A stretch of 64,000 nt of DNA. Source: Eledone cirrhosa. Its lineage: Eukaryota. Below are positions 52,339 to 64,000 of this stretch, piece after piece. Location of the stretch: the NCBI GenBank assembly GCA_964016885.1, contig OZ024740.1, positions 62,744,001 to 62,808,000 on the forward strand. Direction: 5' to 3'. The notes under the pieces are model-generated. The model had not been told where the DNA came from. It did not search any database and saw only the letters and a list, made by a program, of their open reading frames with translations. How positions within the stretch are numbered: the stretch's first letter is position 1; each line of letters opens with the position of its first letter. The translations under genes were made by a program, and so were the position numbers.

Positions 52339-55300
52339 AAGAATCAAAGAACTGTTCAAAACATTTTTATGCTTACAACTGTTTCCTCCAAACCGAGGTT
52401 TGGATTCTTCGGAGCAATTTATTAATGAATGAACACTTATATGACCTCCTTTTCACCCAAGAGACATACAGACACATATGCAAATATTGTGGGTCAACAT
52501 TCATTACAGCATTTAGAGTGGCAGTACACACTTAGAGATTACATTCATATTAAAAGATACAATCAAAAATACAGGTTAAAATACAACATGAAAATAAGCG
52601 GTTATATAGTGCAAGTGTTATATGTGTGGCAAGCACGTGCGTCTTGTTTATATAGTGTGGCAGAGAGTTACGTGTAGTAGAAGCACTTAAGTAGGTAAAC
52701 AAGAGTGTTAGGTTGGTTGATCTGGTGGCAAATTCTTTATATGAATGTTATAGTCTGTGTGTGGAGAAATAATATAAGCATTAAAAATATTTAAAATATT
52801 GGAAATGCACAGCGAAGGGATGCTATGGACTTCATGTACTTCGTCATTTTCATAGTCTGGGGAGTGTATTTTTCAGATTATATGCCCCTCACATAATCTA
52901 TGACAATTCGATATTGAGCGTTTGACAATCCAGTTAGAGAATCGTAGTCTGATGTTCTTTAGTTCAATACAGGAGGATGTTACGTTTCGAGAATCGACAT
53001 TGAAATACTACCCGGAAGTGTGTGTGTGGCTAAGGGGAGTTAATGCATGAGGGGAGGTAACTCCGAGGTTTTTATTATTAACTATTGAAATGTGTCTCAA
53101 GGTAGACCCCGACCTCTATGGTTATGCGCAAATTCTAAAAAATTTCTACAGCTTAAAGTGTTTTAACTATAGAGTAGTCTATTAAGTTGTGCTGAAGGTG
53201 TTCGTATTATTATGGTGAATTAACCCCCATCGTAGAGTGCCACAAATGAATATTATAGACGACGAGCGAGGATTCAAAATTAATGATCTCTGTGGTTGTA
53301 GACTACTCAAAGGACCAGGCGCGGTGATTGCAGAATCACTTCAACACACAATGATCTCTGGTAAGTCCTGGGTCATCGCTTGCTACATTGGATGTCGAAA
53401 GATAATCATCACCAGGGCCGACCAGAGGTCAATCCGCAGTCCCCATGACCCCACCCTGACCATCAAATCATCCATATATGTACAACCCGTACGCCAGTTG
53501 CAATATATTCATTCCCTGCACTCAGCGTACCGGTCATACTGCTCAACAGCGTTACTAGATTAATTCGTTTTTCATCTGTCCAACGAAGGCACTTCCTCCG
53601 CACAACACTAACAAGACAATCAATTCATGCTTAAATTACCTATAGAGCGGTGTAGTGCAGTTCAAGTGGGTGGATGTTGTCACACCTAAAGTAGAGGTAC
53701 AAATGGGTATTCGCCCTGCGAAGGGTTCTAGAGGGATGTGGCTGTTTGTGTTATATTAGATCAGTCAGTGTTGGGTATGTGGTATAAGGTGTGCCCCTGG
53801 TGTTTGATGCTAGAGGTGGTGTTTGGTTCAAGTCCGACATTGCTATATATTGGGCTTAAAGTTTTGGAAGGAATGTCTGAAGCGGCGCTGGCAAGTTGCA
53901 AACACTTCAGATTTTTTGTTAAGTAGGTTACGGTTAGAGAAGATAATATTGTAGGTCTCTAGTATACAGAGGTTACAAAATTTATTAGGTGGTTTGTACG
54001 AAGTCGCGCTACCTATCACTTCCCATTTGAGTGTGTAAGGTTTATTTTTATTTTTTAGATAGTGTATGTAGCTAGATAGTGAGGTGGAGTTGGATAGCTT
54101 GTGCTTTTTGAACGAGTGGATGTGCGAATTATATCTGATTTTGAAGCAGTTAGAAGTGGAGCCTACATAGGTTTCTGAAGAGTTGCTAGTTGTGACGGTG
54201 CATGAGTATATGATATCCTTGGTTAGGCATTTTTATCTAAAGGGCAGGTTCTATTAGCTCTACAGTTACAATTATCCTGTGTGTTAGTCTGCTGGTTATA
54301 ATGCAGTGTAGAAGTCTGGGTGGTAGCTATAGGATTTTGGACATTCGGGTTGTCGACCCCGGTGTTATTTCTTGTGCTAGTGTTATTTCTATTGTTACTG
54401 CCGTTACTATGGTCGCTTGCTACAGAGGTATTTAGAAGGTTTACATTCTGTTGTGATTTCGTTTGTTGGAAGTAAGAATTAATTTTACTTTTATTGCTGC
54501 TAGCTATGTGGTATGCTAAGTTAGGCGTCGTAGAGTATGAGATTTTAATAGTGTTTTTGTTTAAAAGGTTGTGGTACTTGTGTCCTAGAGGGAAGTTTTT
54601 ATCTAGTAGTGAGAAGAAAGCCCTAGGTATATTGGTGGAGACATTTAGGTTGAAAGGAGGGTTGAAAATGTATTATTTCTTCTTCTATTTTTGTTTTTAG
54701 TGTTTGGTGTGTTGTTTCTTCCTAAGGCACCACGGTAGTTTTCGTGGTAATGGTTACTTCCGGTGGCACCCTCCGCTTTGGTGTACTTGTGGTTGCTATT
54801 CCTATTATTAGGTTTCCTCATGGACATGTTGTGCGAGATGATGTTGTAGCTATGTGTTTTCTTAGGTAGGAACTCAATTTCTATATTATGGCCGGATCTA
54901 GCTAATGCTTGATTATAATATTGTGAGTTTTTGCTAAATATGTTTGCGTCATAGGATAGATTAGAGATTCTATTGGATACACCCTTAGAGATAGAGTTTA
55001 ATATTGATCTAGGGTGATTAGACTTGGTATCTACGTAAATGAGTTTTTCGTTAGGCTTATATATTATAGTTAGGTGTATATATTTTTGAGTCTAGGTATA
55101 GTGTGGCGTCTAGGAAGTTAACATTTTTACTGTTTTTGTCCATGGTGATACTAAGGTGAAAGTTTTTGAATGTCTTGTGCAAAAGTTTTCTAGTTCTTTC
55201 TATATTAAATTTTTTATATTCTATAAGTAGGAGTGCATCATCGCGGTACAAACCACCGTTGAGGTAAGGGAGGTCCTTATGGATTTCATTAAGAAGGTAT

Positions 55301-56242
55301 AGGCCGACCAAATCAGTGACCTGCGCCGAGTCACTAGATCCCATGCTTATGTCGAAGTTGTTGTGCGTATGCTTGCGTGTCCATAGTTGGTCCTCGAAGG
55401 TGATTATGGTTTTACGGGCCGCAAGGATGACATCAATCTGGGCTCTAGTCAGGTCGCTATTGTTCATGGCCATGATTAGTGCCTTATTTAATAGGATAGG
55501 GGAAATAGAGGTGTAGTATGAATTGATATCAAATTGAATAAATTTGTTGTCCTTATTATTCTTGATATCTTTGAACCATTCAATAACTTCACCCGTATTT
55601 CCCCATTGTTTAAGGTGTATCTTGTGTTTAATTTGTGGGATGATTTTATCTAAAATTTTCTTGCTGATAATACCAATGTCGGACTTGGAAGGGCAGATAA
55701 GTCATATCGAGGGGTTGCTGATGAAGTCCTCGTTATGATCCTTCAGAGAGAATATAGGGGGGTTTGGGGTGAATGGTTGTGTATGCCTCTGAAGTCCTAG
55801 TTTAGACACTATATTATATCCCTCTATATTAATATCTTCTAAGTTTTTGAAGGTGGTCTTCTTGTAGTTTTTGTGTAGTTCATTATATATAAACTTTCTA
55901 TAAGTGTTATAATCTAGGCTGTATATGTTATTAGTTTTATCTGCGTGTACAATAATTTTATTACTAGTTTTGAATCCATTAATAAATTGCTCCGAAGAAT
56001 TCAAACCTCGGTTTGGAGGAAACAGTTGTAAGCATAAACATGTTTTGAACAGTTCTTTGATTCTTATATTTCATATAACTGCTCTGTAAATCATCTGATG
56101 TTTTTACATTGAGCTACTTAACTTACTGGTAATAAGGTAGTAATATATTACTGCTTACCACTATTTAGGGTTTGTATAAAAATATATATAACTGCAAAAG
56201 CTTTTTGTATTTACATAACCATAAATAGTATAATTAATACTA
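52330..56242 (-). mobile_element. Second, 5'-truncated copy of the 31050-36238 PLE (52330-55984, -) with inverted pLTR end (55981-56242, +)
   Basis: High similarity to 32415-36070; frameshifts and stops; junction with AATA microhomology; (TA)n at both ends. Confidence 0.92.
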
Positions 56243-56387
56243 TATATATATATATATTAACTTATGTTGTTGCTCTAGTTCACTAGCCTCTATGGAGCGC
56301 TCGCCACACATCTCGGAAGTTGTTTTTCGCTAATTTCCAATAGCTAATTCTCGCTAATTTATATATATATATATATAAATATATACG

Positions 56388-56612
56388 ATATTAACAAATG
56401 GAAACTATATTTATAAAACCATATCTATTTTATTATACATATTTCAAGGATACCATGTTAAGTTATGGTATGCTTTCATCAGACAAAATACAATCAAATT
56501 TATTATTGTATTTTCTCTGATGAAAGCATACCTTAACTTAACATGGTATCCTTGAAATATGTATAATAAAATAGATATGGTTTTATAAATATAGTTTCCA
56601 TTTGTTAATATC
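56388..56612. mobile_element. Near-perfect palindrome of two back-to-back HHR arms (56426-56490 -, 56509-56572 +), family K
   Basis: tattttgt CTGATGA aagc ATACC..GGTAT cctt GAAA TATGTA TA ataaaata, with a near-identical motif on the other strand. Confidence 0.75.
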
Positions 56613-56703
56613 GTATATTTACTCCAAATACTTGTCGAGTGCTTTATATCAGTTATAAAAATATTTAAATAGAACTTTTGCATATATAAATATATATATA
56701 TTT

Positions 56704-57019
56704 ATAAATGGAATAGAATGAAACGAAATTTCATTTCTCATTCTTAGTACGGCACTTACTTAAATGTAAGTATGTATGTATACGTACATACATATATGTA
56801 TACAGACGTACAGTAGCATGTATATATATACATACAGGCACACATATATATAAGCACGTATCAGTTTACCGAACATTTATTATAATGCTCGGTTTGTTCG
56901 TTTGTAAACAAACAAACAGCCTGAATTACGCCGTACAGTGTTTAGGCAACCACGTCACCTTTTTGTTCAACACTGACACAGGAACGATGTACTAGTTTCA
57001 AGCTTATTAGCTATCGTCA
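56704..57019 (-). mobile_element. Partial copy of the 427-bp retrozyme-like repeat, truncated inside the HHR core
   Basis: Aligns with ~7730-8028. Confidence 0.8.
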
Positions 57020-57154
57020 TTATTAGCTATTTATATATTTATATATATATATATATATATATAAATATATATATATATACGGTCTTTATATATTTTATAT
57101 ATATTTATCCTTATCGAGCCCTCTTTGGATTTTAGTCTTCAAATTTATTATTAT

Positions 57155-57245
<91 letters not shown>

Positions 57246-57305
57246 TAGATTAAAACAACACGAGGCCGGACTCGGGATATCCTTTTAAAGTCTTATTGTT
57301 GCAAA

Positions 57306-57365
57306 CACACTATATATATTTCAACGGCCTGGTTACATAAGACCCTGGCGACATCATCATGTACG
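57306..57365 (-). ncRNA. Degenerate hammerhead (C3A)
   Basis: cgtac ATGATGA ..GCC...GGC.. GAAA TATATA TA gtgtg. Confidence 0.35.
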
Positions 57366-58892
57366 GATTGCATAAATAGGAATTACGTCAAATAAAAGGA
57401 ATTACGTCAAACAGAAGCAGAGAACATATTTATTTCGGAGATGGCCCACGGAATCGGTTATTTCATTTTCTTATTTCGGTGTATTTTATCCAATTATCTA
57501 AGCTAGTATTTACAGCACCGACAATTTACAGTTATTTTCTGTTTGAGTTTCTTACATTCACTCTCACTCTCCTCTCTCTCTCCACCTCTCTTCTAATTTC
57601 AATTGAATTTGTTATGTCAAAGGGATGTAAATTACATAAATGAGCCATTTTGTTCTGTCATTTAATATGTCCGCCATTCCACTCCCCCCCATTCAGCTAT
57701 GTAAATATATAATATTAAAAAAAAGTCATATATTAACACTTGAGTTCTTTATATATTTACAGATGCAAATAGTAGAGAGAATATCAGTTTTGTTATCTTA
57801 AAGTCACTGGTTGTTTCGAGCCTTACAGCATACAAACTCACTCATGTAATTCAACCGAGGAGGATCAATCCTCTATTTATGTCTATCAATCCTCTATTTT
57901 TCAGCCAGAACCATTTAGATGCACACTCTGATGCTTCCTTCTTGTTATTAATAGATCTTCTCCCGTTCACTCTCTTAATGTCATCTTTTATTCCTAGAAA
58001 TGTCGAAGCAAATACGTTTCATTGTATATAGATATTTTGGGGTATATTAATCTTATCTCAAAGGCGGCGAATGGGCCCGGTCATTGGGGCTTCGGATAAA
58101 ATGCTTTAGAGCATTCATTCTGGCCCTTTGAGCTCTGAGATCAAATCTCACCAAGGCTGACTTTGACTTTCATCTTTTTGGGTCGATAAATAAAGTACCA
58201 GTTCAGTACTTCTCTCTTTCTCTCTCCCTCAGAAACCAGCTGTGGTCAAACCAAGTGAGGGATGGTTGTCGTCAGGTTTATAATGCTCAAGACAGGTTGT
58301 GTGTCATGACGACGCCATTACGACTCTACAAGGAGTTATAGAAAAGTAACAATCTCGTCACAATTGCACATTAAGTGGAATGAAGCCAACAATATTATAC
58401 AAATTAATATTGAAGTTTTATATTTCATCATCAACAGGTTTATGGAATTATAAAATGCAACAGACAAGAGAAGCCTTATATTAAAATGTCTAAAACTTTC
58501 ATAAAATTAATTATATATACAGTTTCTTTGCTGTTAAGTACGAGAAAATACAAGTCTGTTATTTAGTCCATCGCAAAGTTACTGCTGCTAGTACCCATTT
58601 CTTTTCAGCTGAGTGGACTGCAGCAATATGAATTAAAGCGATATGCCCAAGGACACAACGCTCCGCCTGGTTCGGAATCGTAAAATCACAAGGCACACAC
58701 ACTGACCACTAGGTTACGCGCCTTCATTTTAGATACAATTTTAATTAGTTAAATTTCCAAATAATTACCTATACTAGCAGAAAAACGGCCCTTCGGCCGG
58801 TTTTCTGCTAGCTTATGTAGTGTGCATATTGGTATTATACGCAAATATATATGCATATAGTTATATGTAAATTGAAAAGTAAATTGACAATA

Positions 58893-59545
58893 TCTTCTTC
58901 TTCACCCACTTATATCTGAAAGGGTCGTGGGGGCAGAGTCCTTCTCAAACACTCCTTCCAGCGAGTCTGTCAGAAGCAAACATCTCTAACTGATGCAGCT
59001 GGATCCCAAAGCGTGACCAGCCAAGCTCATGGATGTTATCCATCTATCTTGCTCAGGGTCTACTTCTGGGTCTCTTGCCGGTTGGTTTTGCCTGTAAAAT
59101 GTGTCCAGCAATTCTTTACTGAGACATTCTAACTACATGCTCATAATATCGGAGTTGTGATCTCTCAATTCGGAGAAGTAGCTGCTCTACCAGGAGTGAC
59201 TCTCTGGTCTCTGAGCTATGCACTTTATCAAGTAACGTTACTCCAAAGACCCTTTGGAGGAATCCCTTTTCTGCCGCTTTTATTTGCAATTGTATTCTTT
59301 TGGTCATTACTCAAGATTCATATTCCTCAGTAAGAGTTGGCAGGAATACCAGGAAGACAGCGAGTTTGGCTTTTACACCTACCCCTTCTTCTGATTGCTG
59401 AATGCTGAGGCTGGCGCATTACTGCATCAGCTTTTGCAATTCTTGCACTTAATTCAGCCTCCTGCATTCCATCACTCATGAACACGGCTCCAAGATACTT
59501 GAACTTCTCTAACTGCTTCAGTAGAACTCCATTCACATGTATATA
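58893..59545 (-). mobile_element. RTE (Expander-like) LINE 3' fragment
   Basis: LKQLEKFKYLG, AAEKGFLQRV, LLLRIERSQLRYY; (GAA)n tail. Confidence 0.85.
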
Positions 59546-59744
59546 AATTTGAGGAATTTCTGTCCACCCATCCATCACGCAATGTGTATGTGTGCTTGTG
59601 TGAATGTATGTGTGTGTAAAAGGAAGGAAAGCGATACACACATATATATGTCTAACTTAAAAACAGTGACTCACACACACACATATCTCTAATTTAAGAA
59701 CACCGACAAACTCACGCGTGCACATACACATTGTCCTATTACCA

Positions 59745-60463
59745 CTCAAGAGTTTTGGCCCGGGTAAACATCCCTCAATTTTGGAACTGTCTGGGTTGTG
59801 CAGAATTGATGGGAAAAGACTTGACGGTTTTACTCTGTGCTCCTGGTAAAGAGGAAGGTGTCTTACCTGGGACATCACAGTTAGTGACTCTTTTGCTTCT
59901 TCCCACATCCTGGATGCAGCGGTAAGGGCGAGAGCTACAGCATTCGCGGCTGAACGGAACAGATCCTAAAATACCGTGTTCTGTCAGCTAACTACATTAT
60001 ACAGCCTGTGGTGTTCGAGATGTTTGGGGGAGTCGGACTACCGACAGAGAGGTTCTTATCTTCACTGGCGGCTCGCCAAACAGAGGTAACTGGTGATGTT
60101 CGTGAGGGCACTTGGTTGTTCCAGCACCTCAGCCTCGCCATCACCCCAGGTAACACCGCGAGCGTGCTGGCCTGCCTCAAAAATTATTAGACAGGTTTTC
60201 CAGTGCTCCTCGCTATATTGCTATCTTTTGCTCTGGTAGCGTCTCGTTTTTCCATTCTTTCTCCTGCATATTGTTCTGTGTGGTCTACGATGTGAGTATT
60301 ACGTGCTTGTGTATTTTTTCTCTTTCTTTTTTCCTTTCCCTTTCCCTTTCCTTTTTATATATTATATTTGTTAGTGTTTTCGTTATGTAATCATTATATT
60401 AAGTTTTTATATAAATGAGTTTTAAAAAAAAGTTAAACTGTGTTGTTAATAAATAAATAAAAA
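59745..60463 (+). mobile_element. CRE-clade non-LTR 3' fragment (REL endonuclease + 3' UTR); internally deleted second copy at ~60582-60766
   Basis: DGKRLDGFTLCSW*RGRCLTWDITVSD, PVVFEMFGGVG, TGDVREGTWLFQHLSLAITPGNTASV; (AATA)n tail. Confidence 0.8.
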
Positions 60464-61635
60464 GTTGTACTTTTACCCTCCCATTTCCAATTCACCGAAC
60501 GCTATCATGACTGTATGTGTGTGTTTGTGTGTTTGTGTGAATGTATGTATGTGTTTGTGTGAAAGTATGTGTATTTGTATGAATGGGACGTCACAGTTAG
60601 TGACTCTTGCTTCTTCCCACATCCCGGATGCAGCGGGAAGGGTGAAAGCTACAACATATATAATATATTTGCTTGTGTTTTCGTTCTGTAAGCATTATAT
60701 TAAATTTTTATACAAATGAGTTTTTAAAAAAACAGAGTTAAACTGTGTTGTAATAAATAAATAAAACGTTATACTTGTTTTACCCTCCCGTTCCCAATTC
60801 ACCGAACGCTATCATGACTATGTGTGTGTTTGTGTAAATGTATGTGTGAATGTGTGTTTGTGTGAATGTTTTTGTGTGAAAGTGTGTGTATTTATCTGAA
60901 TGTATGTCAGTGAGGGTGTTTTTTTATAAGTTTGTGTTTGCGCGATTATAGTTATATACTCATGCATATAGATGTATATATGTGCACAATCATACGCGTC
61001 AGCGTGTAGAAAGTCATACTCACTCTATCTCTCTTATCACAAACTCTCTCTTTTTATATATATGGCAGTTGAAGTGGTGGTGGTGGCGACGATATAGCGG
61101 AAGTCTAGAAATTTGTAACTTTGAAAAGAAGTCAATTTAAAATTATTTATGAATTCGAAATTTAGTTACGAAATTTAGTACATAAATTATGTAATATTCA
61201 TTCATTTTTTATTCAAAGTAATCGAACTTATTTTACAAACCGGATAAAAAAACTTATTCTGGATGCAGTCCCGCACTCCTTACTTTATTATTGTTTAGAT
61301 ACAACACGTGTCACCTTACTGCCAAGATGGGACCAATCCTTACAAAATCTATTGCCCATAATATGTTTCTAATAAAGTTTAACTCATTCAAATCTCTCTA
61401 TACTCCTTTCTTTTCTTGACCACATTTGATCATTAAGCCAATTATTTTTTCCCTCTCTATGGATCTCATTTCAATTCCTTACATTTCTTTGTTTACTACA
61501 TTAAGAATCTGTGTCCGAAACGTCAAACATTCTTCAACATATTCCTAAGCATGAAACTAATAAAACTTTGTGATTTTGAATCTCTGCAATTGTTTTCTCA
61601 TTTATTGACCTTTATATATATATATATATATATAT

Positions 61636-63844
61636 GGAGGAGGTTATAGTTCACTTGAAGCATTGTGTAATGAGGTATAAACGTTTGAATATGTATAATA
61701 AAGCCAAAACAATGCAGGTATGGACATAGAAAAAAGAAGAATGCAATTGCAAAAGATATTGTTGACAAATCGTCTTTTACCTTAGATTTATTTTAAACGT
61801 CCTTAATTTTCGAGATAATATCTCTTCTTCAGAGGGAAATAAATGTCTCAAACCAGCGTTCTAAATATCTTGCCAAGCCATGCTGACAGGAAATAGTATA
61901 GAGTATCTGTTCTATCTCTAATGTCAAAGAGTTAAAATTAGGTGGATAAAGAGTAGTCTCCCTTTAAAAGGGGTTTGTTTAGGTTTTTTTATTTTTTTAT
62001 TTTTTTTTTTTATATACATGCCTGTTTAAGTGTGTGGGAGAATGCATGAAGGTGTAAGTATGTGAGTGTGTGTGTGTGAGTGTGAGAAGATAAGTCTATT
62101 CGTAAATGTGGGGATAGGTGTTATCTGGTGTTAGAACTGGTTTTGTGTGTGTATGTGTGAGAGAGAATAAGTGGAGGTGTAAGCGTGTGTGTGTATGGGG
62201 TGTGTAAATATGGGGCTAGAAGCCCTATCAGGTTATAAATTGGGTGTTGAGTTCTAGTCTATTATTGATAGGTGGTTGTGTTTTTGTCTATAATTAGTGC
62301 TTCCTTAATTCTAAGACTGCCGAGGTTTCTTTCCTTAGTTTCTATCCTAACTGTTATGGTTTTGTCGGTGTTTTTGCATTTAACTAGGTGTTTCTTAAAT
62401 GAGGAAGCGTTAGTATTGAGGTGTTCTTTTATTCTTATATGGAGTGGTCTGGTGGTGCTACCTACGTAGAAGTTGTTGCATTTGTCACACTCTAGTCTGT
62501 ATACGACGTAAGCCTTGTGGCATAGGTCTGTGTCGTTGATGGGGCAGTTGGCTAGGCTGCAGCAGTTGTCATGTCTGGTGGAGTGTCTGTTGGCTAGCTG
62601 TCCGCGCAGAGAAGGACCTGAGTGGGCCAGTTTGATATCTAGTCCTTCTCGTCTGATGGCTCTGCGGATGGCTGTTGTTGTTTCTTCACTGAAGTGTGGG
62701 AGCTTCAGGAAGCAAGTGTTAGTGCCTCGAGTGTGGTGTCCTCTGTTCTTTCTGGCACGGTTTGTGGTGGATGTCGTGTATCCGTTCAGTTTGAGTACTT
62801 CCAGGAAATGTGTGGTGTGTGTGTCTCTGTCTCTAGCGTCGGTGCATTTGTTCCGGATACGTGCCAGTTCGTTCCTTATGTATCCGAACTTGGCACCGAG
62901 TGGGAGGGCCGATCTGAAATGTACAAACAGGTCCCTGCTGGCGGCTTTTTTATAGAAGCAGGTGTGGATGTTGCCTTCCTCTGTTACCCTGAGTTGGAAG
63001 TCCAGTAGGGATAGGGATCCGCGGTGATCGGGTTGTTCCATGCTGAACTTTATACTGGCGTCCATGCTGGAGAATGTTGTGTACATTTTATCTGCCTCCT
63101 CACGGGATGATGTGAGGATGAGTATGTCATCTACATATCGGGTGAAGAAGGCATGGGAATGGCAGGTGTTGAGGGCTCGGCATTCTAGCTGGTTCATGTA
63201 GGTGATGGCCAGCAGGCCCGATAGGCTGGATTCCATGGGTAATCCTGTTGTCTGTCTGTATGTGTGGTGGTGGAAGGTGAAGTACGTGTTGTCTACTGTG
63301 AAGGACAAAAGCTGGTGTATGTCCGTTGGGTGGAGGCCGTAGCAGTGGATGTCCTCTGCGACCACGCAGTCCGTCAATAAATCGACAGCTGGATGAGCGG
63401 GGACTGTAGTGTAGAGTGAGCCAACGTCGAGGCTAAAAGCGTATTTATTTAGTTTAAGTTGTTCTGGCTGGAGTTGGTGTAGTCTACGTATAACTTCGTC
63501 GGAGCTACTGACATGCCCGGGAAAGGTGGAGAGTAGAGGCTTGAGGACCTGGGAGAGGAGCCAGGAAATTTTGTATAGGGGTCCTTCTATGCTAGAGACG
63601 ATGGGTCTTATTTGCGTGTTAGTGCTATTCTTGTGGGTCTTGATGAGGTGGTAGAAAGTGGGCAGTCTGCTATTTCTAGTCTGCTTATTTCCCTCTGAAG
63701 AAGAGATATTATCTCGAAAATTAAGGACGTTTAAAATAAATCTAAGGTAAAAGACGAATTGTGAACAATATCTTTTGCAATTGCATTCTTCTTTTTTCTA
63801 TGTCCATACCTGCATTGTTTTGGCTTTATTATACATATTCAAAC

Positions 63845-63846
<2 letters not shown>
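61636..63846 (-). mobile_element. 5'-truncated PLE (Cys-rich linker, Neptune/Nematis-like) with inverted pLTR arm at 63686-63846
   Basis: ORF 62262-63377: QTTGLPMESSLS, RYVDDILI, CCSLANCP, YVVYRLECDKC, YVGSTTRPLHIRIKEH; 63686-63846 = rc(61681-61842); (TA)n at both ends. Confidence 0.9.
63692..63726 (+). ncRNA. Minimal hammerhead ribozyme (also 61801-61835, -)
   Basis: cct CTGAAGA a GAGAT att ATCTC GAAA AT TA agg; stem III is the loopless palindrome AATT. Confidence 0.65.
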
Positions 63847-63939
<93 letters not shown>

Positions 63940-64000
63940 AAAAAAAGAGAAAAGAACGACTTCACTTGACGTGTTAAAAAATTTTTGGATTTAATTATAT

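Larger units (their letters stand above)
58774..61299 (-). mobile_element. Helitron-like element carrying ~2.2 kb of internal insertions
   Basis: A|TCTAAACAATAATAAAG at 61299; CGGCC-hairpin-GGCCG then TTTTTCTG-CTAG|T at 58774; ends homologous to 18009-18216 and 18325-18444. Confidence 0.7.

Noticed and set aside
61490-61530. TCCGAAACGTC with tgttt/aaaca pairing
   Set aside because: 5' core unrecognisable; at best a dead relic

Overview
AT-rich, microsatellite-dense eukaryotic DNA made almost entirely of transposable elements. I could not support any host protein-coding gene. The SINE types and (TA)n/(TACA)n richness suggest an invertebrate, probably an octopod cephalopod (inference only). 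Autonomous-type elements: one near-full-length CR1-type LINE with an unusual Myb/polyQ/CCCH ORF1; one apparently intact Penelope-like element (PLE; 819-aa RT+GIY-YIG between ~1-kb pseudo-LTRs) plus three truncated PLEs; and R4/Dong-type, Tx1/L1, RTE and CRE fragments. Non-autonomous elements: RTE-derived short elements nested with the Dong copies at (TACA)n, tRNA-derived SINEs and two Helitron-like elements. There is also a solitary 5.8S rRNA retrocopy fused to a SINE. The main hidden signal is RNA-level: about 20 type I hammerhead ribozyme (HHR) motifs from more than 10 unrelated sequence families, read by eye. They include a 427-bp tandem retrozyme-like repeat, core variants (U4C, U4A, compensatory U3-A8) and many two-armed inverted insertions into (TA)n. 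A circularly permuted inverted re-insertion suggests a circular intermediate. All folds and alignments were done by eye, and coordinates may be off by a few bases.
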